A DNA stretch of 64,000 nt, from NCBI RefSeq assembly GCF_009914755.1, contig NC_060931.1. One strand, written 5' to 3'. Made by a program: the position numbers and the translations under genes. Shown piece by piece: positions 58,501-64,000 of this stretch (the first letter of the stretch is position 1; every line of letters begins with the position of its first letter). Below the pieces are notes generated by a model that saw only the letters and a program-made list of their open reading frames with translations, had not been told where the DNA came from and made no database searches. Origin of the DNA: the human T2T-CHM13v2.0 reference genome, Homo sapiens.

Positions 58501-59563
58501 CAGCATGTCTCAGTGTTCCTCCTTTGAGTAAGATGTTCTAATACCACATAGGAAGGGGGGCCCGAGGGACCTTGAAATGCTTCCCTAATTTGCCCTTTAT
58601 CTGAACATTGTGTAAGTCAGAATGGGCTGTGTGCCTCTTGGAGTGGGTTGCCAATTAGTCTAATCTGCTTACAACCCTTGTGTCTGTTTGAAATGTTCCT
58701 AAGAGCTCTAAATCCTGGGTTATTTCAAGAAGCCGTAAGCATTTCAAACAGTTAAGCAAAAACCAAATTTTAATCAAATTAAAAATGAAAAAAATTAATA
58801 GCAGGACATTTTGGGCATTTGAGGCGTGGATGTGGTCAAATAAAAGTACCAAGAAGATGCTGCAGCCACAAAAACTAAAGAAGCACTACCCTCCGTAGAC
58901 TTAAAGAATATCTGCAACAGAGACTAATTCTGCTTTCTCTTTGTTGCTGGGCCTTCAAGTTCATGTGTGACCTTAAATAACTGACCTCAGCTTCTAGTGC
59001 CTTGTTTTCTTGTTCTAATGGGATTAGTCTTTTCATCCTTTTAATTTAATGGAAAAATGCAATTCACTGTGCTGCATTTAACTATATTTTGTGAATAGGT
59101 TTTAATGGCATAATTGCTGTGGAGCATTCAAATTTGAGAGGAGGGAATGTAAGTAAATAAACATCTGCTTAATACTTGTCTATATATGGTATATATATGA
59201 ATACTTTATATACACCATTTGTTTCTTCTCTGGGACAATTCAGTAAACCATATTACTATGTCCATTTTACAGATAAGAAAATAGAGATTTGCTTAATGTT
59301 GCTATACCAACCAATGTTAGTGTTGCAATTCAAACCCAGCTCTGGGTGTATCTTTAATCTATCCTCTTTTCTCTATTTACTATTATCTCCTAAAGTTGAG
59401 CCAAAAAGGGAAGTTGAACCAACTATTGAGTTTTTTTTTTTACCTTACTTACATTAGTCTCTAATTTAAAGACTGCTGGATATATTTTAAATGTTTTATT
59501 TGAAGATCAGTTGACATTTATTTAAATAATATTTACATTTTAAGAATTTAAAGTTAGATTCAG

Positions 59564-59608
59564 CCTATTTTGGGATTACCTGTTTTGGGATTACCTATTT
59601 TGGGATTA
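59564..59608. repeat. 3 x 15-bp tandem repeat CCT(A/G)TTTTGGGATTA
   Basis: Units at 59564, 59579 and 59594, with one mismatch in unit 2. Confidence 0.95.
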
Positions 59609-60136
59609 CGTGGGTTTTTTTGTTGTTGTTGTTTTTGTTTTTTTAACAAAGTCTGTAATTGTGTTTCTATTAAAAAAAAAAAGCAGCAGCAGCCATCAGA
59701 AAATGTATTGTTAGGCCATTTTAATATTCTCAAGAGTATATAAGTGTAAATGCACCAAAACATGTGGACTACATTTCCCGCTAGTTGTACTGTTTTCACA
59801 CATTAACAGAAATGCTGTTTGGAAGGGGAATAAAGGAGATATGTTTGGGATATATATGCAGATTTCAATCATCAAAAGACCCAAGATATTAAGCTGCCTC
59901 CTGGAATCACCCAGAATTTTTGTCTTTCCAGTGATCTCTGTGGCCATGGTGCTGTGTGGGCAAATTTCCTCTTGCTGACCTGGGGCTGGTTTTATTTCAA
60001 AGTTACAGCCTGATTCCTCAGAGCAGCATTAATTAAACTGCAAACAATGTTGTGTTGGTATAATAGAGTTAAGATGATTTTTCTTCCCCAAGCATGTGGT
60101 TGATACTATGGCCAGAAAAGTTTAAAAGTAAATTAG

Positions 60137-60417
60137 TGACAAATACTGCGTGATTCCATATAAGGTACTTAGAGTAGTCAAGGTCATAGACACAGAAAGT
60201 AGAATAGTGATTGTCAGGGGCTGGAGGGAGAGGGGTATGGCGAGTTAGTGTTTACAGAATACAGAGTTTCACTTTGGGAAGATGACAAAGTTCTGGAGAT
60301 GGATGGCATAATAGTTGCACAACAATGTGAATGTACTTAGTGCCACTAAAGTGTACGCTTAAAAATGGTCAAAATGGTAAATTTCATGCTATATACATTT
60401 TCAGCTACAACAAAAAT
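60137..60417 (+). mobile_element. L1MB 3'UTR
   Basis: gacacagaaagtagaatagtgattgtcaggggctgg...ttgcacaacaatgtgaatgtactt...aaaatggtaaatttc. Confidence 0.88.
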
Positions 60418-60494
60418 ATGATTCATAAAAATATTAATTAACTTCTATGATGTTTTCATGTGTACATGTAGAATGCATGTGTGGTGTGCATACA

Positions 60495-60740
60495 AAATAG
60501 GCTAGAATGGAGAGCATGTAGGCTTAGTCACCGAGACCTGAGCTCAAAGCCTGGTTTTGCAATTTATGTTTGGAGATCATTGACAGGCTGTCTCACGTAT
60601 TTCAGTGGCAGCTTTCTTATCTGTGACAGGAAGACCAAATACTCACTGCAACTTATAATAATTAAATAATAATAAATGTCCAGTGCTCAGCACATAGAAG
60701 GATTAAGTGGAAACACAGTATAGATAGTTAATAAACTCGT
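60495..60740 (+). mobile_element. MIR
   Basis: gacctgagctcaaagcctgg...tttcttatctgt...gtgctcagcacatag. Confidence 0.55.
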
Positions 60741-61804
60741 AGCTTCATCTACAGTAACAAGTAGTCTTGGGGAAAAATAAAACTAGCCACATCATTAATT
60801 TTTCAACCATTAAACCTTGAAACAATCACGCATGTTTCTCTAAGAAATAACATAAAACAAATCATCCTTTCGTTTAACAAATGTTTATCCAGTGTTTACT
60901 CTGTGCCAAGTCCTGGCTGACAAGAAGCACTGTGTAATGGGGCATGTGACAGTGACCAGTCAAATAAGACACAGTGAGGACTGGGAGATCCTGAGGCTGC
61001 CACTGCCAGATGGACGTGAGGCTAAACTGGCCCCTTTGTTTGTTTTCCAAGTAGGAGCTCTTGGATAAATATTTTGTGTATAAAGTCAATGGAGACCACG
61101 CAGTGTGAAAGCCTCCTCCAAAATCATTATTTTCAGACAGTTCATGCAGGTGAAAATAATGCAGAGGTCATAGATAACACTGTAACAGCTTAATTATGGG
61201 AAATTAGAGAGGGGCCCATGATAGAGCACAGCATTTCCTAAATGTTCCTTGCCTAGAGGACCCTAGTTTTCTGAAATAGTAATAGTTGTCCCACCACAAA
61301 ATGACCCTTTTGTCAAACAACTTTGGGAAACCTGCATTAGGCAAAGGTCAGTGAATTTTCTTTACTTTGACATTTCTCAGAAGCATTGATAGTCTGAAAT
61401 GTGTTTGCCTAAGAGGGAGATATCGAAGACCATCTTTCCTGCAGTTATTTGACAGCAGAGCCCTTTTTCCCTCAGAGCGCTTATTAACATCCTGTGGAAA
61501 AGTGATTTTTGGGTCACCCCACTAGGAACATGTGTCCCTTGGAGCCACATGAGACAAGTTGTAATGGTCATTTACTGGAGAAATTGGCTGGATTGTGCTA
61601 ACAAAGGGAGAGGAAACCAAATAAGAAAACTGACCGTCCTCCGAGGGTCAGGATTTTCTTTTGTTTTTTTAGCTCAAGGGTCCAATGTTCCCGGGGAGCG
61701 TCAAAGTGGGTTCTTTCTGCTATGACAGCGGAATACCCATGAACACTGGGCGGGAGAGGGTTGGCCAGGAGCACGCCCCGGGGAACCTGTGTGGTAAGAG
61801 ACCT

Positions 61805-61820
61805 CCAGTGGGGGGCGGTG
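61805..61820 (+). promoter_or_regulatory. Candidate CTCF site in a locally CpG-rich patch
   Basis: CCAGTGGGGGGCGGTG has one mismatch to the core CCASYAGRKGGCRSYR. About 11 CpGs lie in 61630-61940 in an otherwise CpG-poor window. Confidence 0.45.
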
Positions 61821-62601
61821 ATTTCACTCCTAGTGGGCTCAGCCCCCACCAGAAGAGCTTCATTTGACAAGGAAAGGCATTAATAATGGAAATGGATTGA
61901 AGGTAACACTGACGTGCAGATCAGGAATAGCTCACACGGTGATGCTCTTGCACTAGAAGCAGAAACTATCCTGGGATCTAAAGAAATCACTTAAGAAGAA
62001 AACATTTCCTCTTCATTGAGCCTCAGTAAAGCTGCATGAGGAGAATTCTGCACAATTGTTCATACTCTAGCTTAGAAAATGGAGTTGATTAAGTGGAAGG
62101 AAACTTTAAAAATGTGACAAAGATGATGAGGTGATTAAGGGGTAGGTTTTAAGTAGCAAGATGTGGGGAATTTAAGATGTATGACTAGTAGCGGTGACAG
62201 TGAGGTTTATGATAGCTGCCTATAAATACCCAATTAATTGCCTAATGTGGCAAATGAGAAGAAACAGGCTTTTACCACCAAAAGGGAAACTTGAAGTATA
62301 TTAGGGAAACAGTATTTAACAGTAGGGGTGATTTGGCTGCCATGATACGGAGAAATCAGTTGTGTTATTTGGATAAAGACTTGGAAAGGTACTTTTCTTC
62401 CTGATAACATCCTGGTGTCAACAGATTATTTTTCTTTAAAAAGGATGCATACATTTTCATATTTCTTAGGAGCAGAGATTGAAAAATAGAGAAAACTATT
62501 TAATTTGCTATAATTCAGGTTGCCTGAAGCCTCCAAACATGTTTTCCCCCAAGCTGAATTATAGTAATATCTTTGACGGTAAGAAGCATAAAACAACTCT
62601 C

Positions 62602-62905
62602 TTTTTTTTTTTTTGAGACGGAATCTCACTCTGTTGCCCAGGCTGGAGTGCAGTGCACTGGCATGATCTCAGCTCACTGCAACCTATCCCTCCCAGGTTC
62701 AAGTTATTCTCCTGCCTCAGCCTCCTGAGTAGCTGGGATTACAGGTGCCCACCGTCATGCCCAGCTAATTTTTGTATTTTTTTTTAGTAGAGATGGGGTT
62801 TCACCATGTTGGCGAGGCTGGTCATGAACTCCTGACCTCAGGTGATCCTCCCACCTCTGCCTCCCAAAGTGCTGGGATTACAGGCATGAGCCACCCCTCC
62901 CAGCC
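62602..62905 (-). mobile_element. Alu (AluS)
   Basis: Reverse Alu with TSD agcataaaa (62585 and 62906). Confidence 0.95.
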
Positions 62906-63009
62906 AGCATAAAAAATTTTATGCATTGTATTATACTGTATGTGGAGCTACACCTGATAGTGTAAGCCACAATAAGGCTAGTTGTAGGGCACACCTGATA
63001 ACACTCGCT

Positions 63010-63240
63010 AACACTTAGTGAGCCTGAATATGAATTAGGTGCTTTATACAGGAGTATTTAATCAGCACATGGACTCTCGGGGTGTGGCATTAGAATCCTC
63101 ATTTCACAGGTGAGCAAACTGAGCCTCAGATAAATTAAATAGCCCGAGGAAGGTCACATAACTAGAAAGTCACAGAGTCAGAATTTGCATTCACTTCTGA
63201 GTTACTCAGAAATCCATGCCCTTTTATTGCGATGCTCTAC
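63010..63240 (-). mobile_element. MIR
   Basis: cctcatttcacaggtgagcaaactgagcctcaga...aaggtcacataactag core. Confidence 0.7.
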
Positions 63241-64000
63241 TGCCTCCTGAAGGCATTTTTTGATTATCACTTTTATAAACTTTAGGCTTAGTTTATATGA
63301 AGCACTCCTGAGAGTGAAATGGTTCGCTCATGTTTGAGAGTGGGTGGTCACCAGGGGTGTTACTCAGGCTTGACACAGATAATCCTGTGGCATGGCTTCA
63401 GCAAGCAGCTTGCCCAAGGTTGCACAGAGAATGAGATTGGCCAGGCTAGAAGGAAGGGCGGTTGGCTCCAGCTCACCGGGCATTCATATGGTATATGGAG
63501 GAGAACTGCCAGATCTCAGAAACAGCATCCAGATTTGATTATAACTTCTCTTTGTGGTCTTTGAAGCTTTGTGTTATTTCTTCCCTTCACTCGTGGAGTT
63601 AGGATCTATTTTCACATAAACAGAAACGATTCCTCCTTTCTGAGCACTTCATTGTTGGTGGCATTGTGGAATGTCCCAGGAAGGGGGGAATGGGGCCAAT
63701 TAGAAAGGAGAAATTCTTCTTCGGCTTGCGTGTTTATATGAAAATGCCAAAGCCACCAGCTGTTGCAACAGCAGGCCTAGGGTAAAGCTCTTCCCCAACT
63801 GTCCTGCAGCATATATACAGCAGAGGGAGGTCTTTTCAATAGGCTCAATTAGAAAGTGGAAAACAGAAAGCACCCCCACCAAAAAAAAGTGTGGTCCTGT
63901 GTTCTTGAGTTGCACAGCAAACTTTGGAAATAAGCACTTAAGTATACTTTTTATTTCTGCAAGAAGTTCCCAAATATGAGCATGGAAATGACAACTCAAA

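Noticed and set aside
59564-59608. CRISPR-like repeat array
   Set aside because: Head-to-tail 15-mers without spacers in mammalian DNA, with no cas genes.

Overview
Primate, most likely human, genomic DNA. It is AT-rich, CpG-poor and dense in Alu, L1, L2, MIR, LTR and DNA-transposon relics. The window lies inside the very large introns of SUGCT (C7orf10, succinyl-CoA:glutarate CoA-transferase) on the + strand. The only coding sequence I can support is one 64-nt internal exon at 49222-49285 ([21 protein letters not shown]+G). All other ORFs in the track look like chance or repeat-derived frames. The most striking feature is a 551-bp solo ERV1 LTR (LTR6/HERVS71-like, minus strand, 47936-48486, TG..CA ends, CCAT target-site duplication) about 0.7 kb upstream of the exon. 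It has lost almost all cytosines on the + strand (8 C versus about 110 G over 542 bp), and the loss begins at one LTR end and stops 9 bp short of the other. This is the footprint of near-saturating C-to-U deamination of reverse-transcribed minus-strand DNA before integration. Other observations include a locally templated inverted insertion with re-priming (45877-45946, copied from 46532-46581), a 3x15-bp array of CArG + GGATTA composite motifs (59564-59608), a poly(A)-only insertion with a TSD (40300-40384) and a CTCF-like CpG patch (about 61630-61940). Repeat subfamily names come from remembered consensus sequences, not from a search, and the boundaries of old repeats are approximate.
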